A program made the translations under genes and the position numbers. 64,000 bases of DNA from a virus (Duplodnaviria > Caudoviricetes), in the IMG/VR virus record IMGVR_UViG_2671180292_000001, positions 32,001-96,000 of that record; one strand, given 5' to 3'. The first letter of the stretch is position 1; the number at the start of each line of letters is the position of its first letter. The notes under the pieces are model-generated. The model made no database searches. It was given only the letters and a program-made list of their open reading frames with translations, and was not told the origin of the DNA. Of the stretch, positions 52,098 to 60,346 are shown in pieces.

Positions 52098-52567
52098 TTC
52101 AACTGGGCAGGGTCGACACCGACGACCTCGTAGGTCACCCCGCCGGACAGGCTGACCTTCTTCTCCGCGTCCAACCCCAGCAGCGCCGCACGCCGGGCCT
52201 GGATCTTCAGCATCCGATCCACCGCCGCGAGCACCGGCCCGTCATCGATCAACGGTTGCCCGTCCCACATGACAACCTTGCCCTTGTCCACCACGTAGTG
52301 CGTGGCCTCCAACACGCCCAGCGCGGCGCGGTGCATCTCGTCCAAGCGGACAAGCTCGAGCTGTCGGACCTCCTCGGCTGGCTCGCGGACGATGTCGGCG
52401 ATGGCCCGTTGCACAGCCAGATAGGCGTTGCTTCGCGATACGCCGAGCTGTTCGGCGATCTGCTCATACGACAGGCCACGCGCCCGTAGCCGGCAGGCTT
52501 CCGCGTCCCGGACGGCAGTCTCAGGGTCGCGCGTGTAGCGGCCGTCACCGCCTCTCACACCGGACAA
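52094..52567 (-). CDS. terS: Terminase small subunit (HTH)
   Basis: LRARGLSYEQIAEQLGVS, RRAALLGLD; ATGA overlap with terL. Confidence 0.8.
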   Translation of the reverse strand: MSGVRGGDGRYTRDPETAVRDAEACRLRARGLSYEQIAEQLGVSRSNAYLAVQRAIADIVREPAEEVRQLELVRLDEMHRAALGVLEATHYVVDKGKVVMWDGQPLIDDGPVLAAVDRMLKIQARRAALLGLDAEKKVSLSGGVTYEVVGVDPAQLK

Positions 52568-52650
52568 TGCGTGCCCCTCCCCCGATCACGGATCTTGCCT
52601 CTCAAGTGTGCCTGCCCGTCGGTGTTCTGCTGGCCTAGCGTTCTGCTGGT

Positions 52651-52962
52651 TCAGCCGGGAACGTCCGGTAGGCAGAACTGCGACGGGCGCCCAGGCTGGC
52701 AGTCGCAGACACCGGGGTTCTCCGCATGCCAGCGTTCCCACGCGGCACGGCCTGGGCGCCAGTGGCGGCGTACGGCCTCGGCGAGTGGGAGCGGTTCGGG
52801 TGGGTTGGCGAGGAACGCGGTGAGGGTGCGTTCGCGTTCGCGTGTCCACTCCTCCTCGGTGTACGGGGGCAGGCCGGCGCGGGCGGCCCGCTTGGTCGCG
52901 TAGACGCTGTCGATGCCGCCGCCCTGGTGGAACTCGCCACTCTGGGTCACCCAGACGTACAT
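52651..52962 (-). CDS. Hypothetical protein
   Basis: GGAGG RBS; YVWVT...IDSVYATK. Confidence 0.6.
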   Translation of the reverse strand: MYVWVTQSGEFHQGGGIDSVYATKRAARAGLPPYTEEEWTRERERTLTAFLANPPEPLPLAEAVRRHWRPGRAAWERWHAENPGVCDCQPGRPSQFCLPDVPG

Positions 52963-52992
52963 GGTGTTTCCTCCCTGATCGACGGTGCGGTC

Positions 52993-53670
52993 TTAGTCGA
53001 GGTCGGCTACGAGGACGGTCGCGTTGTCCGCGTGCCGGGTCGCGTGCCCGATCGCGGCGGTGGTCAAGGCACGGGCGGCGGTACGCGGGGAGCCCGTCAG
53101 GTAGGAGGCGAGGTCGCAGCCGTCGTCCTCGAGCGGCTCGTACGCGCCGTCGGACGCGAGCAGCAAACGGCCATGCTGGGCGGTGCTCCGGGCGCCGATG
53201 GCGGGGGCGTCCCTGGAGTCGCCCAGGTAGGAGGTGACGTGGTTACGGGCGTACTGGTCGGGCTCCTGACCGAGGTCTAGCAGCGTCTGGCGCATGTTGT
53301 GGTCCTTCGTCAGCCGCTCCAGCGTGCCGTCGGCCGTGAGGAGGTAGGCGCGGGCGTCGCCACACCACGCGACCTCCAACGGCTTGCCCGGGGCGGCGAC
53401 GGCGACGACTGCGACAGCGGCTGGCGCGCCGTAGTAGTCGCACTCGGCGGCGGCGACCGCGTGGATCGTGCGCAGGCCGCCCTCGGCGCTGGCTTGGAGG
53501 GCCGCGGCGCGGGCCAGGCGTCGGGCTGCGGTACGGGTCCACTCCCGCACGGTGTCGGAGGAGCCGATGCCGTCGAGCAACACGTACGCGCGGGTGCCGG
53601 CGTGGGTGTGGGTGGCGGTGGCGTCGCACTGGTGCGAGCGGCTGCCGATGAGCTGGGCTGTGGCGTGCAT
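52993..53670 (-). CDS. PP2C/SpoIIE-like Ser/Thr phosphatase
   Basis: QCDA, LLDGIG, WCGDARAY, LTKDH, LASDG, DNAT motifs. Confidence 0.85.
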   Translation of the reverse strand: MHATAQLIGSRSHQCDATATHTHAGTRAYVLLDGIGSSDTVREWTRTAARRLARAAALQASAEGGLRTIHAVAAAECDYYGAPAAVAVVAVAAPGKPLEVAWCGDARAYLLTADGTLERLTKDHNMRQTLLDLGQEPDQYARNHVTSYLGDSRDAPAIGARSTAQHGRLLLASDGAYEPLEDDGCDLASYLTGSPRTAARALTTAAIGHATRHADNATVLVADLD

Positions 53671-53719
53671 CGCGTTTCCTCGTTCTCTCAGCGGGGGTGC
53701 AGGGGGACGGGGCAGGGGG

Positions 53720-53869
53720 TTAGTTCTGCTGGTCGCGCAGGGCCGCGCGACGGGCAGCTGCGCGGGTGCGGGCGCGGCGGGGCCGGGGGTCGTGGCGGCC
53801 TGAGGCGTTGGAGCGGCGCAGCTCGACCAGGCGGGCGCCCGTGCGAGGGGCGGGGGTGTTCTTCGGCAT
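53720..53869 (-). CDS. Small Arg-rich protein (MPKNTPAPRTG...)
   Basis: AAGGA RBS; LRRSNASGRH..RARTRAAARR. Confidence 0.55.
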   Translation of the reverse strand: MPKNTPAPRTGARLVELRRSNASGRHDPRPRRARTRAAARRAALRDQQN

Positions 53870-53940
53870 CGCGGGGTTCCTTCCGAAGGGGGTGGGCCCC
53901 GGAGGGGGTCGGGCCCTGGGGGGGGCTATTGGCCGTAGTA

Positions 53941-55310
53941 GTGAAGGCTCCCCCAACTGAAGGCGGGGGCTTCCAGCGAATGCCCGTTCATGAGACGGGT
54001 TCCCTTCGCTTCGGTTGACGCTTCGTCGCCCCGCCCAACGGCTGGAGGGCTCCGCGTCCTGCCACGCCGCTTCCCGGCGCGGTTGCCGCCCTTACGGCGG
54101 CGTGATGGATGTTGCGGGCGGCGTTGAGGTCAGCGTTCCCGGCCCAACCGCACTGGGGGTTCTTACACACGAACCGCGCTTGGCTCTCACGCGATCCGGG
54201 TGTGATGAACCCGCAGACGTGGCACCGCAGGGAGGTGCCGGGAGCGGGAACGCGGACGATCGTGCCGCCACGTTCGGCGGTCTTGTAGGTGAGCTGCTCG
54301 GCGAGCTGGCCCCATGCCTCGCTTTGAATGGCTCGATTGAGCCCGGCCTTGGCGCGGACGTTGCGGCCCGGGTGGGCGACCGTGCCGCGCGCCGAGCGGG
54401 TCATGCCAGCGATGTTGAGGTCTTCAACGCCGATGAGGCTGTAGGTGTCAGCCAAACGGCGGGTGGTCTGGTGCTGCCAGTCGGCACGGCGACGCGCGGC
54501 ACGCCCCCGAAGATCAGCGATCTGGTCGTAGGTACGGGTCAGCCGCTTGGAGTCGGCCTCGCCTCGCACGCGGGTGCGCCTCCGGCGGGCGGACTGGCGC
54601 TCCAGCCGCAGCAGCCGTTCAGCTTCCTTCGGGCGAAGCCACGGCCCGTGATGCTGGTGGTTGCCGTCCGACAACGCGAGTGGGACGGCGATACCCCGGT
54701 CGATGCCAACCGATGGGCCAGCGTGCGGGGCGGGGTCGGGCTGCTCCCAGGTGGTACGGAAGACGATGTGCCAGCCGTTCGCCTCGTTCACCAGCCGCGC
54801 CCCGGTGACCCTGCCGGGGATAGCCCGGTGGGCGCGGAAGCGAACCACGCCAACCTTGGGGATCTTCACGGTGGCCCAGCGGCGTGACAGCTTCGTCACG
54901 TCCAGGTCGCGCCCCTGGGGAACGTCGATGACCATGCGGGACCGGATACGGGACTTGAAGCGCGGCGGCTTGGCGCGGCCATCCCAGAAGTTCGCCCACG
55001 CCCGCGTGTAGTGCTTGAGCACCTGCTGTGCCGCTTGGGCGGGAAGTACGGTCAGCCAGTCGATTTCCTTACGTGCCTGGCGGATCGCCTCGTCAGCCTG
55101 CTTCAGGCTCGGGCGACGGTGACGCCCACCCCACGTCCACCACTCGTGCAGAAGGTTCCACAACCCACGGGCTGCGTGGCCTTGCTCCTCCAAGATGGAG
55201 GCCTGCTCAGGGGTCGGGTAGAGCCGAAACTTGGTGCCGCGCTGGATCTCCACATCAACCTCCTCCCGTACGTATGGCACTCTCACAAAGCAAGATCATT
55301 CGCCGTAGTA
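53941..55310 (-). mobile_element. tnpB-only cassette with right end but no recognisable left-end hairpin or tnpA
   Basis: Right hairpin CCCCCGCC-TTCA-GTTGGGGG then TCAC at 53944-53941; flanked by imperfect 15-bp repeats of the host gene end. Confidence 0.7.
53988..55253 (-). CDS. tnpB: RNA-guided endonuclease TnpB
   Basis: KFRLYPT, GIDRG, VEDL, TSLRCHVCG, NADLNAARNI; GGAGG RBS + GTG 55253. Confidence 0.95.
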   Translation of the reverse strand: MEIQRGTKFRLYPTPEQASILEEQGHAARGLWNLLHEWWTWGGRHRRPSLKQADEAIRQARKEIDWLTVLPAQAAQQVLKHYTRAWANFWDGRAKPPRFKSRIRSRMVIDVPQGRDLDVTKLSRRWATVKIPKVGVVRFRAHRAIPGRVTGARLVNEANGWHIVFRTTWEQPDPAPHAGPSVGIDRGIAVPLALSDGNHQHHGPWLRPKEAERLLRLERQSARRRRTRVRGEADSKRLTRTYDQIADLRGRAARRRADWQHQTTRRLADTYSLIGVEDLNIAGMTRSARGTVAHPGRNVRAKAGLNRAIQSEAWGQLAEQLTYKTAERGGTIVRVPAPGTSLRCHVCGFITPGSRESQARFVCKNPQCGWAGNADLNAARNIHHAAVRAATAPGSGVAGRGALQPLGGATKRQPKRREPVS

Positions 55311-55412
55311 GTAGTCCGGGTCTTCGTCGTAGTCCTCGTCGTCGTAGGGGCCGTCGTAGTCGGCCTTCTCCAGCGCGTACTCCCACTCGGCGTAGGTGGT
55401 GAGGTCAGTCAT
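55296..55412 (-). CDS. 38-aa acidic Tyr-rich peptide
   Basis: MTDLTTYAEWEYALEKADYDGPYDDEDYDEDPDYYYGE; AAAGGGA RBS; GC3 codons. Confidence 0.65.
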   Translation of the reverse strand: MTDLTTYAEWEYALEKADYDGPYDDEDYDEDPDYYYGE

Positions 55413-55444
55413 GGAACGTTCCCTTTCTGCTCGTTTTCTGCTCG

Positions 55445-55816
55445 TTAGGCGGCGCGGCGGGCCGGGGCGGCGGCGGTCAGGATGCGGGCTGCTGCCGTGT
55501 GGTAGCAGCGGCGCTGGTGGCGGCCTGCCTTGCAGGTGCACTGTGCGGAGTGGGTGAGGTAGGTGGTGGTGCCGTCGGAGGCGACGGTGAGGTAGATGCC
55601 GGGGCGGCGGGTGGGGAGGATCGCGCCCTGCTCGATCAACTCGCGGGCCTTGTCGGCCTGGGCAGGCTTGTAGTCGGTGAGGTCGACCACGTTGGCGGCG
55701 GCGGCGACCTTGGCCTGGCAGCGGGGGCCGCGGCCGTTGGCGATGGAGCGGGCGGAGCGGAGAGGGCGGTGGCAGCTGAGGCACCGGGCGGTGGTGGTGT
55801 TCTGCGTGGTGGTCAT
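55445..55816 (-). CDS. DUF6011-like + SWIM-like zinc finger protein
   Basis: CLSCHRPL...SIANGRGPRC and CTC...CYH. Confidence 0.75.
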   Translation of the reverse strand: MTTTQNTTTARCLSCHRPLRSARSIANGRGPRCQAKVAAAANVVDLTDYKPAQADKARELIEQGAILPTRRPGIYLTVASDGTTTYLTHSAQCTCKAGRHQRRCYHTAAARILTAAAPARRAA

Positions 55817-55843
55817 GGCCCTTCTCCAATCACTTGCTGTCCC

Positions 55844-55907
55844 GTTCAACAGGACTAAGTTTTCCAGAGAGGGAAGACAGTATCAAGCCGAACACGACAA
55901 AGTTTTA
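55844..55907 (-). promoter_or_regulatory. Early promoter/operator cassette 1
   Basis: TTGATA-17-AAAACT with two AAACTWWGTCNYGTT boxes. Confidence 0.75.
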
Positions 55908-55989
55908 GGCTGTGACCCCAACAACATCAGCGCAAACAAAAGAGCCGCCCGCGACCACCACGCGAACGGCTCCACAAACCCCGGTCCGG

Positions 55990-56271
55990 CTACCCCTCGG
56001 CAGGCTTCTTCCGAGGACGCCCACCACCAACACCCCGCCCCCGCCGGCGCTTCTTCCACTCCACGATCGTCTCCGGACGCCACACCGGGGTACGTCCCAT
56101 CATCTGATCCTCCATCGGGAGAGCACCAGCAAGCTGCGTCGGCGTCACCTCCTCACCAGCGGCCTGCCGCTTCCGGAGGTCATCGCTACGGACCCGATAC
56201 CTGTGCACGGTCTGCGGCTTCACGCCCAGATACTCCGCGACTTCCTTCGGGCTCCAAAAATCTGCGTCCAT
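55990..56271 (-). CDS. HTH DNA-binding protein (excisionase/AlpA-like), candidate repressor
   Basis: WSPKEVAEYLGVKPQTVHRY...GRTPVW....IVEW..RR.GRG. Confidence 0.8.
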   Translation of the reverse strand: MDADFWSPKEVAEYLGVKPQTVHRYRVRSDDLRKRQAAGEEVTPTQLAGALPMEDQMMGRTPVWRPETIVEWKKRRRGRGVGGGRPRKKPAEG

Positions 56272-56287
56272 GTCAACCACACAAGGA

Positions 56288-56614
56288 TTATGGCGTCCCA
56301 TCGCCCGGCCCCGCTGTGCACCCTGGCACATTGAGGTCTACCCGGCGAGGACACAGACGCCGCCACTGCTCCCGTGAAACACACGAGACGCGATCCCCCG
56401 CGGGGACGTGCAAGACGCCGGTGGACGGCTCACGCGGGCCGACGGGCACGGCGATGTCCCAGCGGATCCGCCACCCGGCGGGGTACCGCTTGATGGCGCG
56501 GACGATGCCGTACAGGTCGCTCGCGGCCAGCGGCCCGTCAGTGACGCGGATGATATGCCCCGGCTTGAGCGCGGACGGGTCGACGTGGTGAAGGTCAGGC
56601 AGAACGATCATCAT
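56288..56614 (-). CDS. Hypothetical protein
   Basis: ATGA coupling; GGAGGGAG RBS. Confidence 0.55.
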   Translation of the reverse strand: MMIVLPDLHHVDPSALKPGHIIRVTDGPLAASDLYGIVRAIKRYPAGWRIRWDIAVPVGPREPSTGVLHVPAGDRVSCVSREQWRRLCPRRVDLNVPGCTAGPGDGTP

Positions 56615-57051
56615 GTCTCTCCCTCCAACGCAGAGTGGATCGCCGCGACAGGAACCGAGGGAATTGCGTTAGGTCCGCACATCACCGGATGCGCGATAGC
56701 GGCCCGGACACGGGCGATAATGGCCTCAGCCTTGGACAGCGCGGCGTCTAGTTCCCACGCTGCCGCCTCCAGGTCCCCATGCCGGGGGCAGGACCGGTGA
56801 GCACGGGCCACGGGATTCCCGACGACACGGCTCAGGTCGTCGAGCACGTCCGAGGCGCGGAGACAGATGCCGTTGCACTGCGGCAGCGCGGCCTCGGCCT
56901 GCTCGGCGCGCTGTATAGCAGCGGTCAGCTCGTCGTCCCGTACGGCCAGCAGTGCGGATAGGACGCGGTCGCGGTCTTCTTGCCGTCTCGGATGCCATTG
57001 GGCGCCCAGGAGTGTGTCTTCGTACCGCTGGCGGAGGTCGTTGTCAGCCAC
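56611..57051 (-). CDS. Hypothetical protein
   Basis: GGAGG RBS; LLAVRDDEL, shared with 60663-61121. Confidence 0.65.
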   Translation of the reverse strand: MADNDLRQRYEDTLLGAQWHPRRQEDRDRVLSALLAVRDDELTAAIQRAEQAEAALPQCNGICLRASDVLDDLSRVVGNPVARAHRSCPRHGDLEAAAWELDAALSKAEAIIARVRAAIAHPVMCGPNAIPSVPVAAIHSALEGET

Positions 57052-57256
57052 GGTCGCCTCCGAGGATCACGCGAGCCACGGCCAGCTCGTACTGGACGGT
57101 CGGGAGCGCCTTCTCGCTGAACCTCGCGAAGAATTCGAGCCTGGCCGCCGCATCGTCGAGCAGGGCGGCGAGCGGCTCGTCTACGGGGCGCTCCGGGTTG
57201 GCGCGGAGCTTGGTGGCGGCGGCGCGCAGCTGCTCAGCGGACGTCTTCTCAGTCAC
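57044..57256 (-). CDS. Hypothetical protein
   Basis: GAGGAG RBS; LRAAATKLR..LA.LLD..AVARVIL. Confidence 0.7.
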   Translation of the reverse strand: MTEKTSAEQLRAAATKLRANPERPVDEPLAALLDDAAARLEFFARFSEKALPTVQYELAVARVILGGDRG

Positions 57257-57294
57257 AGTGTTACTCCTCTTTTCGGTTTGTCAGGGTTCTCACG

Positions 57295-57513
57295 TCACAG
57301 GGTGGGGCCGGAGTCCACGTCGGCCACGGCCTGCGCCGTGGCCTCGAACTGCTCGCGGGTGGCGTACGTCTCGTGGTGAGGGTCGCCGAGCATGCCGCGC
57401 AGGCCGGGCGCAGAGCAGGCGCAGATCGTCCAGGACTGGTAGACGACGCTGCCGTCGGGCAGGTGCTCGGTGAGGCTGAGCGTGGCGTCGGGGTGGTTGT
57501 CGTGGCTGGTCAA
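57295..57513 (-). CDS. Hypothetical protein
   Basis: AAAGGA RBS + TTG. Confidence 0.55.
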   Translation of the reverse strand: MTSHDNHPDATLSLTEHLPDGSVVYQSWTICACSAPGLRGMLGDPHHETYATREQFEATAQAVADVDSGPTL

Positions 57514-57592
57514 GTGCGTCCTTTCGGAGCATCGGGAATGGAGGGGCGCTGGTGTCGCATCCGACAGGGTGCGGCACCAGCGCCACGATGGG

Positions 57593-58129
57593 TTAGTCCT
57601 CGTCCTGCTGCATGATGGTCAGCACCAGTTCGCCGTCATCACCAGGGCCGGCGACCACGTCAAGACGGACCATGCGGGGTGCGCGAGCCCGGCCGGGGCG
57701 CGGGGTCCGGTACAGCGGGAAGCTGATCCGGCTCGTGCTGCCGGGGGCTCGGCGGATCCCAGCGGCGGCCATCCAAAGGACGTCCCACAGGCGGCCGTCC
57801 TCGTCCTGGATGGTGCCCTTGCGGCGGTTGTCCGCGTCGTCCCAGGCGACGCAGTCCTCCCACGCGGCGCGGGTGATGGCGACGGGGGCGCGGAGCCCGG
57901 CCTCACGGGCGAGGCGTTCGGGGACGGCGACGAGGGTGCCGTCGGCGAGGGCCTGGGCGCGGGTGTAGGTGTGGATGACCTCGCCGAAGATGTCGTCGAG
58001 CTCGTCGGGCTCGTTGTGAGGTTCGGGGGTGGAGCGCATCGCGTCGTCGCTGACCGTGAGGTCGTGGGTGGTGTAGCCCTCGACGAGGGTGTCGATCCGG
58101 TTGATCAGGTTGTTGGTGTCGAGGGCCAT
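57593..58129 (-). CDS. DUF6573-like protein
   Basis: VIHTYTRAQALADG..QDEDGRLWDVLWMA..GPGDDGE.VLTIM..ED. Confidence 0.8.
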   Translation of the reverse strand: MALDTNNLINRIDTLVEGYTTHDLTVSDDAMRSTPEPHNEPDELDDIFGEVIHTYTRAQALADGTLVAVPERLAREAGLRAPVAITRAAWEDCVAWDDADNRRKGTIQDEDGRLWDVLWMAAAGIRRAPGSTSRISFPLYRTPRPGRARAPRMVRLDVVAGPGDDGELVLTIMQQDED

Positions 58130-58155
58130 CCTGGTTCTCCAATCGCCTTTATCGC

Positions 58156-58219
58156 GTTCAACATGACATAGTTTCCCGGTCGATACGTCCACCGTCAAGC
58201 CGAACACGACAAAGTTTTA
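58156..58219 (-). promoter_or_regulatory. Early promoter/operator cassette 2
   Basis: TTGACG-17-GAAACT; 25 bp identical to cassette 1 (TCAAGCCGAACACGACAAAGTTTTA). Confidence 0.75.
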
Positions 58220-58259
58220 AGGGAGACCCCACACGACACGGCAAAACCCCCGCTCCGAG

Positions 58260-58676
58260 TCAGCAACCTGGGGCAACGCGAGCACCGAGTTGCGCGTGGA
58301 CTGCCGCCTCCGCCTCGGAATTGAGGTCCCATAAGCCGAGCCGTCCCTTGCAAGGCACCGGGTCGGGCAGTTCGCGCGCGTTCGCGAACTGCCAGTGGAG
58401 TTGCCCAGGTACCGCCCAGGGTCCGCACTCGCAGTCTTGGGCGGTGCAGACGTCCACCAGGTCAACGACTGCGACGATCGCCGACGCGGGTGACTTCAGG
58501 ACGTACGCGCCGGTCAGTTCGTAGACGCGGGCGAACGCATCCTCACGGTCGGGTCGTGCGGCGGCGTGGATCGCTAAACGGCCCCGGTAGGTGGTGTTCC
58601 AGGTGCGGTTCTCGATGGTCTTCACGCCGTGGGCGATGGCCCACGCCCACGGGTTCCTCACAGTCAGGGCTTTCAC
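58260..58676 (-). CDS. ASCH domain protein
   Basis: KALTVRNPWAWAI..G.KTIENR.W...YRG.LAIHA...G.LGLW. Confidence 0.9.
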   Translation of the reverse strand: MKALTVRNPWAWAIAHGVKTIENRTWNTTYRGRLAIHAAARPDREDAFARVYELTGAYVLKSPASAIVAVVDLVDVCTAQDCECGPWAVPGQLHWQFANARELPDPVPCKGRLGLWDLNSEAEAAVHAQLGARVAPGC

Positions 58677-58724
58677 CGGCTGCTCCCCTTGGCCCTGGCG
58701 CGGCCGAGCACGCGGGGCATGACC

Positions 58725-58907
58725 TCAGCCTCCCACCGGGCGCGGGTCATCAACTCGGCCCGTTGACGCGCTCCCCAGCCTGAAGGCTGGGGATTCAGCC
58801 CGTGCCGCGTGTGCGGCGGCCTGGTGGTGGAAGTGGATAGGGCCGATGCGGACGGTGTCGTATCCGGGCTTGGTGATGATGACGGCCTCGGGCGTGGTGG
58901 CGGTCAT
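58725..58907 (-). pseudogene. Small gene apparently disrupted by an orphan IS right end
   Basis: GGAGAGG RBS; the frame runs through the IS hairpin (ESPAFRLGS). Confidence 0.4.
58763..58802 (-). mobile_element. Orphan IS200/IS605 right end
   Basis: GAAT-CCCCAGCC-TTCA-GGCTGGGG-AGCGCG-TCAA, same architecture as the ends at 24663 and 62533. Confidence 0.75.
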
Positions 58908-58927
58908 GGCCTCTCCTTCAGAGGTGG

Positions 58928-59104
58928 TCAGGTCTGGTCGGTCTCGCCGCGGAGCTGGGCCAGCAGCACGGGGAACTCAGGGTCGGTGTCGTGGGTCTCC
59001 TGCAGGGCTAACCAGGCCTCAGCCTGGGCCTGGGTGCCGGGGTAGAGGATCCGTCGGCCGTCGGGGGCGGTGATACGGGTGAACGTCCTGGTGGCGGTGC
59101 TCAT
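58928..59104 (-). CDS. Small hypothetical protein (58 aa, MSTATRTF...)
   Basis: GAGGAGG RBS; ATGA overlap; below ORF-track cutoff. Confidence 0.65.
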   Translation of the reverse strand: MSTATRTFTRITAPDGRRILYPGTQAQAEAWLALQETHDTDPEFPVLLAQLRGETDQT

Positions 59105-59547
59105 GCGACCTCCTCGGTCGAGTGGTTGCGGTAGCCCGTGCAGGACGGGCAGTCGTCCTCGTCGTCTTCGTGCCAGGCGGAGCAGTTCCAGTGGTAGACG
59201 CCCACGGTGTGGACGAACCGGCCGTCCATGCCGGCGACGGCACGCTCCCCAGTGGGCCGGTACTCGACCTCGATCCGGGCCTCGGGGTGGAGGTGGTCGG
59301 CGGAGCGCGCGGCGACGATGGCAGCGAGGCGGTTGATCGCGAAACGGACGGGGCGGTCGTCGGCGAGGATCAGGTACTTCGTCGGGGTGAAGCCGAACCG
59401 CATGACGGCCTGCACGTCGGTGGGAGTGGGGGTGCGGCCGATCAGGGCAAGCTCGGCGCGGAGGAGCTCCACCACGTCGGCGGTGTTGACGGTAGCGGTG
59501 GTCATCGTCTCCTCCGGGTCGGTCGAGCGGTTACCGATGGTGGTCAT
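59101..59547 (-). CDS. Hypothetical protein (start 59547 or 59505)
   Basis: Coupled to neighbours; C-terminal C..H..CPSC. Confidence 0.65.
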   Translation of the reverse strand: MTTIGNRSTDPEETMTTATVNTADVVELLRAELALIGRTPTPTDVQAVMRFGFTPTKYLILADDRPVRFAINRLAAIVAARSADHLHPEARIEVEYRPTGERAVAGMDGRFVHTVGVYHWNCSAWHEDDEDDCPSCTGYRNHSTEEVA

Positions 59548-59717
59548 CGGGCGGGTTTGATGGCGAGCCATGCCTTGCGGTGCCGGGGCGAGGCGTACTC
59601 CCCCGTCGCGGCCATCTCCTCGAGTTCGGCCTCGGTGCAGCCGAGCCGGTCGAGCGTCGCGGACTTCCCTGCCTCCCACTCCTGCTCGGTCAGCTCGTGG
59701 ATCTCGATCTCGGCCAT
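59544..59717 (-). CDS. Small acidic protein (57 aa, MAEIEIHEL...)
   Basis: AGGAAGG RBS; LDRLGCT.AEL.EMA..G. Confidence 0.65.
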   Translation of the reverse strand: MAEIEIHELTEQEWEAGKSATLDRLGCTEAELEEMAATGEYASPRHRKAWLAIKPAR

Positions 59718-59778
59718 TGGTGCCTTCCTGGTTGCGTATTGATCGGGGGCCGCCCTGGGAGGGGTGGGGGTGGCGGGG

Positions 59779-59994
59779 TCATGCCTGGGCGTCGAGGACG
59801 GCCAGGGAGCGGACGTACGCCCCGAACGCGGTCGGCCGCTCGGCGGCCATCCGGGTGAGGACGTAGTCGGTCGCGGCGTCGATGGCGCGGCCTCGGTGGG
59901 CGCCGTCGGCGACGAGCCGGTCAGCGATCCGGGTGATGGCGCTGTTGACGGTGTTCACCGTGGCCTGGGCGGTGGTGATGTCCGTGGTGGTCAT
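59779..59994 (-). CDS. Hypothetical protein
   Basis: GAGGGGG RBS; first gene after promoter cassette 3. Confidence 0.7.
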   Translation of the reverse strand: MTTTDITTAQATVNTVNSAITRIADRLVADGAHRGRAIDAATDYVLTRMAAERPTAFGAYVRSLAVLDAQA

Positions 59995-60023
59995 CGCGTC
60001 GTCCCCCTCAATCGCTCTGTCGT

Positions 60024-60088
60024 GTTCAACGTGACTTAGTTTGCCCTTTGGGCGGCATCGCTGTCAAGTTCAACGCGACATAGTTTTA
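60024..60088 (-). promoter_or_regulatory. Early promoter/operator cassette 3
   Basis: TTGACA-18-CAAACT; boxes AAACTATGTCGCGTTGAAC and AAACTAAGTCACGTTGAAC. Confidence 0.75.
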
Positions 60089-60346
60089 CCTTTGGGTGGG
60101 CTTCCCGTCCCCGCCGTCCTCGAACAGGTCGAGCTGCCCGTCCACGTCCACCCAGGCCCGGGCCCGGCCGAACCGCACCCGAGGCGTGGTGAGCGTGATG
60201 CCACGTTTGGCTGCGCAGTCCCGGCCCAGTCGCATGGCGATGGATCGCGGGTCGGTGAGGCGCCGGTGGCAGTCCTCGCACTTGCCGACCGGGCACGGCT
60301 CGACCGGCTCAGAGTCGAGCGGGACCAGGGCTAGCGGGGTGTCCAC
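60086..60346 (-). CDS. DUF6011-like protein with QLDLF motif
   Basis: CEDCHRRLTDPRSIAMRLGRDC; GQLDLF near C-terminus. Confidence 0.7.
   Translation of the reverse strand: MDTPLALVPLDSEPVEPCPVGKCEDCHRRLTDPRSIAMRLGRDCAAKRGITLTTPRVRFGRARAWVDVDGQLDLFEDGGDGKPTQR

Noticed and set aside
58795-58802. Apparent recoded duplication CGGGCTGAA vs CGGGCCGAG around the orphan IS end
   Set aside because: CGGG..GAAT also precedes the hairpin in the other two TCAA ends, so it is probably element sequence and the match coincidental.
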